A DNA stretch of 64,000 nucleotides, taken from IMG/VR virus record IMGVR_UViG_3300042888_002665, one strand, 5' to 3'. A program made the translations under genes and the position numbers. This stretch comes from a virus. Positions 19,795 through 27,948 of this stretch are shown here, piece after piece. Position 1 is the first letter of the stretch. Each line of letters starts with the position of its first letter. The notes beneath the pieces are model-generated. The model had not been told where the DNA came from and made no database searches. It was given only the letters and a program-made list of their open reading frames with translations.

Positions 19795-20504
19795 TAAATG
19801 TATGCTTGTAGGTTAAATTTTAACATTTCTAATACTTCTTGTTTAGCTGTTTTAGCGTGGTCAGCAAATACACCTGATACTTCTGATGTCATCATACTAG
19901 CACCCATATGCTTAACTCCGCGACACGATACACAATTGTGAGTTGCATGCATCATTACCATAATACCTTCATTACCTACAATTAATTTATCCATAGCATT
20001 ATGAATAGCCATAGTTAATTGTTCTTGAATAGCACCTCTACGTGAGAAATGCTCAACTACACGATTTAATTTTGATAATCCGATTACCTTTGATTCAGGA
20101 CCAGGTACATATGCAATATGACATTTACCTAAAATTGCTTGGTGGTGATGAGAACACATTGATATTACTGGAATATCACGCTCTAATACAATACCATTAT
20201 AACCATCTGATGGGAATGCTGTAACATCGCCTAATACTTCGTAACGACCTCTCCATAAATCATTAACGTATGCTTTAGCAACACGTTTTGGAGTGTTTGA
20301 TGAATTTGGATCGTTTTTCCAATCAACACCTAATGCGTCTAAGAAATTACCATATGCAACAGTTGCATTATCGATAATAGTTTGTTTTTCTTCTACGGTT
20401 AGAGAGCGCTCTTTACCTTCGGTTTTAATGATTTCTTGTAAATGGAGTGAGATACCATTTGCATTACCTGAATTGGTAATTTCTAAATTGTCGATTTTAC
20501 ACAT
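19794..20504 (-). CDS. folE: GTP cyclohydrolase I
   Basis: TPKRVAK, SMCSHHH, GLSKLNR, QEQLT, H.CVSCRGV. Confidence 0.96.
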   Translation of the reverse strand: MCKIDNLEITNSGNANGISLHLQEIIKTEGKERSLTVEEKQTIIDNATVAYGNFLDALGVDWKNDPNSSNTPKRVAKAYVNDLWRGRYEVLGDVTAFPSDGYNGIVLERDIPVISMCSHHHQAILGKCHIAYVPGPESKVIGLSKLNRVVEHFSRRGAIQEQLTMAIHNAMDKLIVGNEGIMVMMHATHNCVSCRGVKHMGASMMTSEVSGVFADHAKTAKQEVLEMLKFNLQAYI

Positions 20505-20539
20505 AACTTATTGTTTAAATTTATAACTGAATTTAATTA

Positions 20540-20566
20540 GGAAAGACTTGATTGACAAGTCCTTCC
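20540..20566 (-). terminator. stem-loop, probable terminator abutting a promoter motif
   Basis: GGAAGGACTTG-TCAAT-CAAGTCTTTCC. Confidence 0.5.
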
Positions 20567-20589
20567 ATTATTTAATATTTTATTTGATA

Positions 20590-20901
20590 TTATTTAATAC
20601 CTGCAATCTTGTACCAGCGATATGAAACTTCATCTAGTTCTTCTGGTTTTTCATGCATATTATCTTCAACTGCATTCATTCCAGAAGTAGCAGCTTTGTC
20701 TTCTTTAGAACCAACAATTTCATCGTATTGTTCCATCTGCATTATATCACCATCAGCACACATTTCGATTAATTTTTCAGCTACATCATGTAACATCATA
20801 TCATCAGTTGCATCTTCGCGAGCGAATTCTAGTAAACGTATAAATAATGGAACATCAACTGTGATGACGTCCATTTTGTTTTCTTGTTCTTGATCTTCCA
20901 T
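20590..20901 (-). CDS. acidic hypothetical protein
   Basis: DVITVDVPLFIRLLEFAREDA; preceded by ATATTTAT. Confidence 0.7.
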   Translation of the reverse strand: MEDQEQENKMDVITVDVPLFIRLLEFAREDATDDMMLHDVAEKLIEMCADGDIMQMEQYDEIVGSKEDKAATSGMNAVEDNMHEKPEELDEVSYRWYKIAGIK

Positions 20902-20940
20902 ATTATTATTTGATATAAATATAGTAAAGAAATAAAAATA

Positions 20941-21537
20941 TTAAATAAAGTCAAACCAACCTGTTAGTATATATTTAGTTTTAGTATAACTAATTTGCCC
21001 CCTGTGTGTATGAGTCCAATCTGGGGGCCATATTAGTAATTTACCTACTTCTGCTTTTTCTGTATGTTCTTGATATAGAAATTCTGTTCCACCATCTTCT
21101 ACATCATTTAGATAGATCATCCAAACTAATACACGAGTACTAGTAGGACCATGTGAACGTTCGCAATGCCATGTATAAAATCCTTCACCAGGTTCGTATT
21201 TTTGTAAATTGAATCGAAGTATTGAAAACGGGGGTAGAACATCAATTGCTTGAAATTGTGCTGCATAATATTCTAATCCTTCCTGCACCGCAGGAAATAG
21301 AGTTTTCATTAATGGCTCCCATAATTCGATCTCTTTTTCATCCCAACTACTGATTGAATCTGAGGTAAAACTAATATCGGTAGATTTTTTAGTTTCTGTT
21401 TTATTATGAGCAGACATCCCATTATCTTGGGATACAACTCTACCTGGTTTCTTTTGTGAAGATTTTTCAAATGCATCTATAAATTTAGAGCATTCTTCGG
21501 GGGTAAGCACATTTCGCTGTGAGTAGATAAACTGCAT
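20941..21537 (-). CDS. 2OG-Fe(II) oxygenase (prolyl-4-hydroxylase-like)
   Basis: WHCE, YLNDVEDGGTEF, THTHRG, KYILTGW. Confidence 0.9.
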   Translation of the reverse strand: MQFIYSQRNVLTPEECSKFIDAFEKSSQKKPGRVVSQDNGMSAHNKTETKKSTDISFTSDSISSWDEKEIELWEPLMKTLFPAVQEGLEYYAAQFQAIDVLPPFSILRFNLQKYEPGEGFYTWHCERSHGPTSTRVLVWMIYLNDVEDGGTEFLYQEHTEKAEVGKLLIWPPDWTHTHRGQISYTKTKYILTGWFDFI

Positions 21538-21567
21538 ATAACTAATTATAATAAGGAAATAAATTAA

Positions 21568-23085
21568 TTACAAATTTAACTTAGACCCTATAGTAAAGAA
21601 GAATGTTGGTTTATCAAATGTAGATGGTATATTTGATTTTATATTAAAGTTAATTCGGAAACGTTTAGATAACGGAATATCGAATGAATTTCCTAACATA
21701 ACATTAAAATCTTTATTTACTTTCATTATCGGATCACTTGTAATATAAGATGTCGGAGAATAAAGTAGAAACACTTCAGGTGTAAATTTAATTTTAGTTT
21801 TTGTTTCTAATGGTCGCATATAGAATCCAGTTAGAGATGGGCCATACATTTGATCGCCTGATCCTAAGAATCCAGCAATTAATGATACGTTATAACCTGT
21901 AACACCTTTTTTACCTAATAATTTAATATAAGTATAACCTCCAAATGTTAAATGGTCTGTAAATGTAGTTGCGTATGTTAATGAATAATTTCGAACATGA
22001 CTGATAGCACCATTTGTAGTATACATTTTAGTATACTTACCTGTTAATGCTAATTGTTTGAAATTTAAATGAATCATTGAAGTAGCACCCCACGATTCAT
22101 TTCCCATCAATGATGCTTTTGAAGCTGATACACCCAATACTGGGGTAAATGTATTGTCTGCATTTTGCATTAATGCAAAGTCACCTTGTACTACTAATGG
22201 ATTAGTTGTGTTTACTGTTTTAGCTTTCTTTTCGTCTTTCTTACTGTCTGATTTCTTCTCTTCTTTTTTGCTTTCACTTTTAGCATCGTCTTTCTTTTCT
22301 TCCTTACTTTCGGATTTGGATTCGGATTTGCTTTCTTCTTTAGATTCCGACTTTGATTCGCTTTTAGATTCAGACTTGGCTTCAGCTTTAGCCTCTGCTT
22401 TAGCTTCAGCCTTTGCTTCGGCTTTAGCTCCTCCCGGAGATCCACCGCCTCCTCCACCACCACCTCCACCTCCACCACCTGTAGCGCCTCCACCACTTGG
22501 AGCGGAACTACCCGCTGATGATGCGCTTGAACTCGCTGTAGATGATGCACTTGATGACGCACTACTTGATGCCGTAGATGAAGCTGTACTTGATGCTGTA
22601 CTAGCGGCTGCACCTGCAGCAGTATTAGATGCTGTATTTGAAGCTGTACTAGCAGCAGTAGAAGCTGCGGTTGAAGCAGCAGTTGATGCTGCAGTACTTG
22701 CTGCTGTTGATGCTGCAGTTTGAGCTGCTGTTTGAGCAGCAGTCTGGGCGGCTGTCTGTGCTGCAACTTGTGCTGCTGCTTGAGCTACTACTGCTGAAAT
22801 TGTATTTGAAATTGTTTGAGTTTGGGTTTGGGCAACTACTTCTTGTGCTTTACACACATATGCTTTCATTTGCTCATTTACCCATAATTGTACCTCTCCT
22901 TTAGCTGCTTCTTCATATGAAAATGAACGAGCAGAACTACGATATACAATCAATACAGAACCCCCGATCGGAACAGTGTATAATACCATTTGTTTCGAAC
23001 AGGGGTCAAAGTATGCGTTGGTAAGTACTTGTGCCTTACTTAAAAATGAAACAGTTAAGAGTAAGAATACAAGTACATACTTCAC
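21568..23085 (-). CDS. exported protein: signal peptide, long low-complexity linker (A/T/S, poly-G, KAEA/KSES repeats), C-terminal beta-barrel-like domain
   Basis: sequence composition; alternating beta-strand pattern ending FFFTIGSKLNL. Confidence 0.65.
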   Translation of the reverse strand: MKYVLVFLLLTVSFLSKAQVLTNAYFDPCSKQMVLYTVPIGGSVLIVYRSSARSFSYEEAAKGEVQLWVNEQMKAYVCKAQEVVAQTQTQTISNTISAVVAQAAAQVAAQTAAQTAAQTAAQTAASTAASTAASTAASTAASTAASTASNTASNTAAGAAASTASSTASSTASSSASSSASSTASSSASSAGSSAPSGGGATGGGGGGGGGGGGGSPGGAKAEAKAEAKAEAKAEAKSESKSESKSESKEESKSESKSESKEEKKDDAKSESKKEEKKSDSKKDEKKAKTVNTTNPLVVQGDFALMQNADNTFTPVLGVSASKASLMGNESWGATSMIHLNFKQLALTGKYTKMYTTNGAISHVRNYSLTYATTFTDHLTFGGYTYIKLLGKKGVTGYNVSLIAGFLGSGDQMYGPSLTGFYMRPLETKTKIKFTPEVFLLYSPTSYITSDPIMKVNKDFNVMLGNSFDIPLSKRFRINFNIKSNIPSTFDKPTFFFTIGSKLNL

Positions 23086-23088
23086 TTA

Positions 23089-23889
23089 TTACGCTCCTAT
23101 TGCTTTACTAAATCCGTTAGGACAAGTTCTAGTACATACTAAAGATGCAACAACTGGTGCTACTGCAGCTCCGATTGCAATGCCAACTCCTGCTGGAGTA
23201 GCCCACAATGCAGCCGAATCTAAACTATAGTAAATACAATTTGAACATACATTTTTCAATAATTGTGGATCAACATTTCCACCAACACCAGGTATTGCTA
23301 AAAATCCGTCTGCTACTATTGAACCCATTGCTGTTGCTGCTACTGATTTAGCTGCCATATCTGCTGTATAAAGAACAGGTGTAGCCATTAATGATAATGT
23401 AGTTGAAGTTGCTGCTCCAGCTGGTTGAGCTGGTGTGAATGCTGCAACACATCCCATAGAGATTGCTGCGGTTATTCCAATCGTACAAGCATTTGCATCT
23501 GCCCAATTATATGCAGCTACTGCACCTGCTGCCACTATTTCAACACCCGCAACAATTTGTTGTTCAGCTTGTTTAGATAATTGAACAAATTCGTTTTGAG
23601 TTACATCGAATCCTACCTTTGCAAATTCTTCGGTAGTACTTGCAATAGTACACGCTGCACTTTCTACTCTGTGTGCACTATCGGTAGCAAATGCTACTGA
23701 ATAGTTGTATGCATCTTCTACACTACCTATTGCAGTGTTTATACCACTTCCAATTGGTTGAATTACATTATCATTAATTGCATTTCCTGCATCTACAAAT
23801 GCATTACCAATTGGCTGAATAACATTATCATTAATTGCATTTCCCGCATCTACGAATGCGTTTTCAATTGCTTTTCCGGCTCCGCCCAT
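23089..23889 (-). CDS. hypothetical protein with 19-aa tandem repeat and hydrophobic Ala/Gly/Cys-rich C-terminal half
   Basis: NAFVDAGNAINDNVIQPIG x2. Confidence 0.65.
   Translation of the reverse strand: MGGAGKAIENAFVDAGNAINDNVIQPIGNAFVDAGNAINDNVIQPIGSGINTAIGSVEDAYNYSVAFATDSAHRVESAACTIASTTEEFAKVGFDVTQNEFVQLSKQAEQQIVAGVEIVAAGAVAAYNWADANACTIGITAAISMGCVAAFTPAQPAGAATSTTLSLMATPVLYTADMAAKSVAATAMGSIVADGFLAIPGVGGNVDPQLLKNVCSNCIYYSLDSAALWATPAGVGIAIGAAVAPVVASLVCTRTCPNGFSKAIGA
23750..23863. repeat. 57-bp imperfect direct tandem repeat (2 copies)
   Basis: ccaattgg..gaat.acattatcattaattgcattt starts at 23750 and again at 23807. Confidence 0.9.
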
Positions 23890-23900
23890 ATTTTTTTAGT

Positions 23901-24209
23901 TTAGTTTATTTCCATTCTCATTAAATATAACTCGTTGTTTTCAAACCAATCTTTGAATCCAAACATTTTTGCTAATTTCTTTGCTTTAAGATTACCCTTT
24001 AAAGGTGCTCCGTATATTTCATTATATCCTTCTTTTTTAAAATTATTAAGAATACCATCATAGATATACATCATTCTTTTAAAAAAGGAATGTGACCAAA
24101 TATTCTCATCAAAAGTTATATGCATTGCAATCTTACTTTTATTGAATAGATAATCACATTCTACTAATACATCTTTATCTTCATATAACGTTACTCTTAT
24201 TGGTAGCAT
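23901..24209 (-). CDS. hypothetical protein, possibly GNAT-fold
   Basis: KAKKLAKMFGF resembles the acetyltransferase C-terminal motif. Confidence 0.45.
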   Translation of the reverse strand: MLPIRVTLYEDKDVLVECDYLFNKSKIAMHITFDENIWSHSFFKRMMYIYDGILNNFKKEGYNEIYGAPLKGNLKAKKLAKMFGFKDWFENNELYLMRMEIN

Positions 24210-24221
24210 AATTACTTTATA

Positions 24222-25064
24222 TTAAGCAAGTAATTTGTAATACTCTTTAAAATGTTTGATGCGATCTGGTAGACCAATTGTACCACCATTAACGCGTTTT
24301 GTAATTTGAGTAACTACAGCATCGGAAGCACCACTATCAGCCATCTTGTGTAATCCGTTTTTAGAGAAAAACCAAGCAGCTGAGAGTAAGGCATATTTCG
24401 ATGAAACCACATCTGGGTTAGACAAAATGTCTTCTCCAATGGACTTACCGAATGCTGTATAGTTCTCCTTTCCAGTTAGTTGTATATAACCTCTTCCACG
24501 AAACTTATATCCTTCACCTGATGCTTCATTGCCATTACCCATTCTACCTCCGTAGACACGAGCAGCAATTTTAGCAGGTTTGCGTTCGTATTGAGCAGCT
24601 AATGCAGCATTTGGGAAATATTTTTTAAATATTCCCATTAATCCTTTAGCTGAATAATTTAAATTTTCTTGAGTTGCACGGAACCCACCTGATTCGTGTC
24701 CGCACTGTGCTAAAAAGTGAGCTAAACGTAGTGGTGTATTAATACCAAATTTAGCTGCTGTATCGGGAATCATTGCGATTACTGCATCTGGAATATGTCC
24801 TTTTAAATTAGATAATTTTAAATTGCCTGAATTAGCAATTGGAGCCGCAGGGGCAGCAGGTGCAGTAGCTACTGGAGCAGCACCACCAAACATTTTTGAC
24901 CAAGTACCAGCACCAACAATACCATCAGCTGTTAATCCATTAGCTGATTGCCATGCTTTAACAGCGGCGTCTGTTTTAGGTCCAAATTTACCAATGGCTT
25001 CTATACCTAATTTTACTTGAAGCTTTTTTACATCTTCACCCTCGGATCCTAGCTTTAATAGCAT
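24222..25064 (-). CDS. endolysin: peptidoglycan-binding domain + GH19 lysozyme/chitinase domain
   Basis: LKLGSEGEDVKKLQ..DGIVG..TW; AHFLAQCGHESGGF; YKFRGRGYIQLTGKENY. Confidence 0.95.
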   Translation of the reverse strand: MLLKLGSEGEDVKKLQVKLGIEAIGKFGPKTDAAVKAWQSANGLTADGIVGAGTWSKMFGGAAPVATAPAAPAAPIANSGNLKLSNLKGHIPDAVIAMIPDTAAKFGINTPLRLAHFLAQCGHESGGFRATQENLNYSAKGLMGIFKKYFPNAALAAQYERKPAKIAARVYGGRMGNGNEASGEGYKFRGRGYIQLTGKENYTAFGKSIGEDILSNPDVVSSKYALLSAAWFFSKNGLHKMADSGASDAVVTQITKRVNGGTIGLPDRIKHFKEYYKLLA

Positions 25065-25110
25065 CGTTTATTGTTTTTATAGTTAATTATTACAGTTGTA
25101 CTCTTTGTTC

Positions 25111-25530
25111 TTAGAATTGGATTTTATCCAATTTGTAAGTTAAACCTAAGCCTGGTGTAAAGTTGTTTCCAACTAAATTACCAATAACCCAAATTTTAAG
25201 TCCTTCAGATTTTAATGGAGCGTATCCTATCCACACGTTAGGCTTATTTACATTATCTACAGGTTGAATACCCATACCTAACATTAAGCGCTCACTAGCA
25301 AACATACGAATAACACCAAATTTCATAGTTTTATCAAAACTACCTGTTTTAGTTGATACCATTGGATCAGCATCATACTTAAAACCAGCATAAATACCCC
25401 ATCCTTTTTTGATATAACCACCTGTTAAATATCCGTCCATACCTTTATTAGTAGCAGAACCGAAAAATTCTTGTGCGTTAGCAGCTACTGCAGACAAACA
25501 CAAAATTGCAATCAATAATAACTTTTTCAT
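25111..25530 (-). CDS. small exported beta-barrel-like (outer membrane) protein
   Basis: signal peptide ending AANA-Q; Gly/aromatic beta strands; terminal Phe. Confidence 0.55.
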   Translation of the reverse strand: MKKLLLIAILCLSAVAANAQEFFGSATNKGMDGYLTGGYIKKGWGIYAGFKYDADPMVSTKTGSFDKTMKFGVIRMFASERLMLGMGIQPVDNVNKPNVWIGYAPLKSEGLKIWVIGNLVGNNFTPGLGLTYKLDKIQF

Positions 25531-25533
25531 AGT

Positions 25534-26247
25534 TTAATTTTTAAATATATTCTTTTTTATCATACGTGATACTATCCTAGAAGCTGCTGTTTCCAACGCT
25601 TTTTTAGTGGTAATTCCGATTGTTGATTGATTAAATTTAATCTCATCAAATGAATCAGATAACGCACCTTGTTTTACTGTACTTGCCTCGCCTAAGCCTG
25701 AACCAGTGATATACTCAGCAGTCTCAGCGTTAACGAACTTAACTTGTAGACCCAACCGGGTAGTTTGAGTTTGCTTAACACCATCTTTTAATTTTAATTG
25801 CTCGTCTTCAGAAACAGAGAAGTCGTATACCTCTACATATACAAAATATTGTGCAAGCTTAATTTTTCCTCTACCATCTAATTTATTTTCTGTAAAACCC
25901 GATTGAGACGCCTGGAATTGTTTTACCATTCTGTTCTTAATCTCGGCTTTATCTTCAGTAAATGTAAATCGATTTGTTTCTTCTAAAAATTCAACTACAA
26001 TATTTGTTAAACCTAAACCAACACGTTTGTCTTTAAGTTCAGGATACATTGCAAATATCTCATCTGTAATTCCAATACTTAATAATTGAATTGGGATTTT
26101 AGGTCCTTCATAATCAGATACAACATCAATTGATTGTTTCTTTTCAAAATCAGCTTGGTATGCTTCTGTCTTTACAGAACCAATAGTTTGTCCAAGCACT
26201 GGTAAACATAATAAAGACAGGAATAATACCAATAAATTATCCTTCAT
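25534..26247 (-). CDS. CsgG-like (curli production/transport) pore protein
   Basis: signal peptide; GLTNIVVEFLEETNRF, AQYFVYVEVYDF, LQVKFVNAETAEYI.GSG, ALETA pattern of the CsgG/TolB-N family. Confidence 0.7.
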   Translation of the reverse strand: MKDNLLVLFLSLLCLPVLGQTIGSVKTEAYQADFEKKQSIDVVSDYEGPKIPIQLLSIGITDEIFAMYPELKDKRVGLGLTNIVVEFLEETNRFTFTEDKAEIKNRMVKQFQASQSGFTENKLDGRGKIKLAQYFVYVEVYDFSVSEDEQLKLKDGVKQTQTTRLGLQVKFVNAETAEYITGSGLGEASTVKQGALSDSFDEIKFNQSTIGITTKKALETAASRIVSRMIKKNIFKN

Positions 26248-26533
26248 ATTCTTCTTCTTTTTTTTCTGCTTTAGTAGCTTCTGAAATTTGTTTTTTCATT
26301 CCTGTAAATTTATCTACTGAAGATAAACCTAATGAACCGAATGCTAATAATGCTACTGCATTTACTAATGATTCTGCAGGTGCGATATGTGCTTCAGAGA
26401 ATGAATTTTGATACATTGTAATGCACAATGTTAATGCAGCTAATAAACCAACAAATCGTTTTGATGATACAGCACCTTTTTCATCAGCTAGTAATGAATT
26501 AGCACCTGCCATAAATTTTTTTAATATTTCCAT
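26237..26533 (-). CDS. holin-like two-TM membrane protein
   Basis: SSKRFVGLL, two hydrophobic helices, charged C-terminus; near the endolysin. Confidence 0.55.
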   Translation of the reverse strand: MEILKKFMAGANSLLADEKGAVSSKRFVGLLAALTLCITMYQNSFSEAHIAPAESLVNAVALLAFGSLGLSSVDKFTGMKKQISEATKAEKKEEEYEG

Positions 26534-26534
26534 T

Positions 26535-26687
26535 TTACCAAGGTTGTTTTGATATTTTAGCCGCTATTTGGTTTGCTTTATCATTCTGATTGGTAAAATG
26601 TAGGTATACAAAATACATCTGAGTGCTAAAGCCAATTACAATTCCAGCTAAAACTAATTTTGAATAAATTTTATATACCTTTTCCAT
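26535..26687 (-). CDS. small single-TM protein (50 aa, not in ORF track)
   Basis: MEKVYKIYSKLVLAGIVIGFSTQMYF...; fills the gap between neighbours. Confidence 0.55.
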   Translation of the reverse strand: MEKVYKIYSKLVLAGIVIGFSTQMYFVYLHFTNQNDKANQIAAKISKQPW

Positions 26688-26691
26688 TTTA

Positions 26692-27264
26692 TTATTCTTC
26701 TATAGACTCTTCTACGTCCTTTATTTTCCCACACTTTAAACATTCTTCATCACCATCACCGTCTGAATCACCCCATACGTGTTCGCATTGGCGATGAGCG
26801 AAGTATTCATCAATTTGGCCATCACCATCGAAATCAATACCATCCATTGTACCATCTCCATCTTCATCAACTTCAATGCCAATTCTAGGTTCTGGTTTAG
26901 GTTCTGGAGCCGGTGCAGGAGCAGGTGCGTCACCTCCTTTAGTATCGGATAATGACACACCATCTTCCTCGTCCATTTTCTGAACTAGCATTTTATCTTT
27001 ATCTGTATCAGAGAACCAATAATCAATTATTTTACTATATGAACCAATGAATGCTCCAAGTAACAACAACATTAATTCTTTCCACTCACCTGCAATTTCA
27101 GTGCCTTGAACAATAGCGGCAAATATACCACCAATTATTAACATAAATCCACCTAAAACCATAGCGGTAATATACCATCTACGTTTCATCATTGCATTTA
27201 ATAGTTCCTTAAATCCCGTAGGAGTAGGTTGTGCCATAGGTTGTTCTTCTTTAAATAACTTCAT
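26692..27264 (-). CDS. membrane protein with two TM helices and DxDxDG Ca-binding-like repeats
   Basis: DEDGDG, DFDGDG, DSDGDG; CEH..C..C tail; YWF motif. Confidence 0.65.
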   Translation of the reverse strand: MKLFKEEQPMAQPTPTGFKELLNAMMKRRWYITAMVLGGFMLIIGGIFAAIVQGTEIAGEWKELMLLLLGAFIGSYSKIIDYWFSDTDKDKMLVQKMDEEDGVSLSDTKGGDAPAPAPAPEPKPEPRIGIEVDEDGDGTMDGIDFDGDGQIDEYFAHRQCEHVWGDSDGDGDEECLKCGKIKDVEESIEE

Positions 27265-27270
27265 TGTTAA

Positions 27271-27570
27271 TTACCATTTAGGAGCTTCTTCTAGCTCTTC
27301 TTTAGCTGTTTTAGGTTTTGGTTTAGGAGCAGGAGCAGGTTTTGTACCACTACCACCACCACCTACAACATTCTTTTGTTGTTGTGTGTTGTTTGTAGTA
27401 ATATTAATTACTGGTGCTGGAGCTGTTACTGCTTGTGGTGCTGGTTCATCACCTTCACCTGTAAGAGTTTTTGTTACGTACCCACCAACACCTAATGCTA
27501 CTGTGCTTGCTAGACCAATAATGATGCTTTTAAATGATCCTCCTCCTGAGTTTTCTGATTCTTCTGCCAT
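27271..27570 (-). CDS. membrane-anchored Pro-rich protein
   Basis: single TM, PAPAPKPKPK. Confidence 0.6.
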   Translation of the reverse strand: MAEESENSGGGSFKSIIIGLASTVALGVGGYVTKTLTGEGDEPAPQAVTAPAPVINITTNNTQQQKNVVGGGGSGTKPAPAPKPKPKTAKEELEEAPKW

Positions 27571-27577
27571 GTTATTT

Positions 27578-27946
27578 TTAACGTTTAATTACTAATGGTT
27601 TTTTAACTGATACCCCATTGATATCAGTTAATGTTATATCGTATATTCCATCTTCTAAATCTTTGAAATCGTATATTTTAGTTACAATCTCGCTTTCAGC
27701 AGTTAATGGCAATGTTTTTGTAGGTTCAATAGCAGCAAATTTATATACTTGTACAGAGTACTTAGCTCCAGTCGTAACCGCGTATTGTACTGTAACTGTA
27801 CCACCTGTTGATACTACACTAAGTATATCTGTGGATTTTGCTGTAACTCCTAATTTAATTTCAGGTGTAGATAAAACTTCTATATCACTGCATCCTGCGG
27901 TAATAAATATAAGGCCGATTAAAACAATTGATAATAAGTTTTTCAT
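27578..27946 (-). CDS. lipoprotein with Ig-like C-terminal domain
   Basis: lipobox ITAG-C; DLEDGIYDITLTD..G...KKPLVIK. Confidence 0.65.
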   Translation of the reverse strand: MKNLLSIVLIGLIFITAGCSDIEVLSTPEIKLGVTAKSTDILSVVSTGGTVTVQYAVTTGAKYSVQVYKFAAIEPTKTLPLTAESEIVTKIYDFKDLEDGIYDITLTDINGVSVKKPLVIKR

Positions 27947-27948
27947 AT

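Noticed and set aside
22212-22766. Gln/Leu-rich 184-aa alternative-frame ORF
   Set aside because: It is a by-product of the low-complexity repeats in the main ORF 21568-23085.
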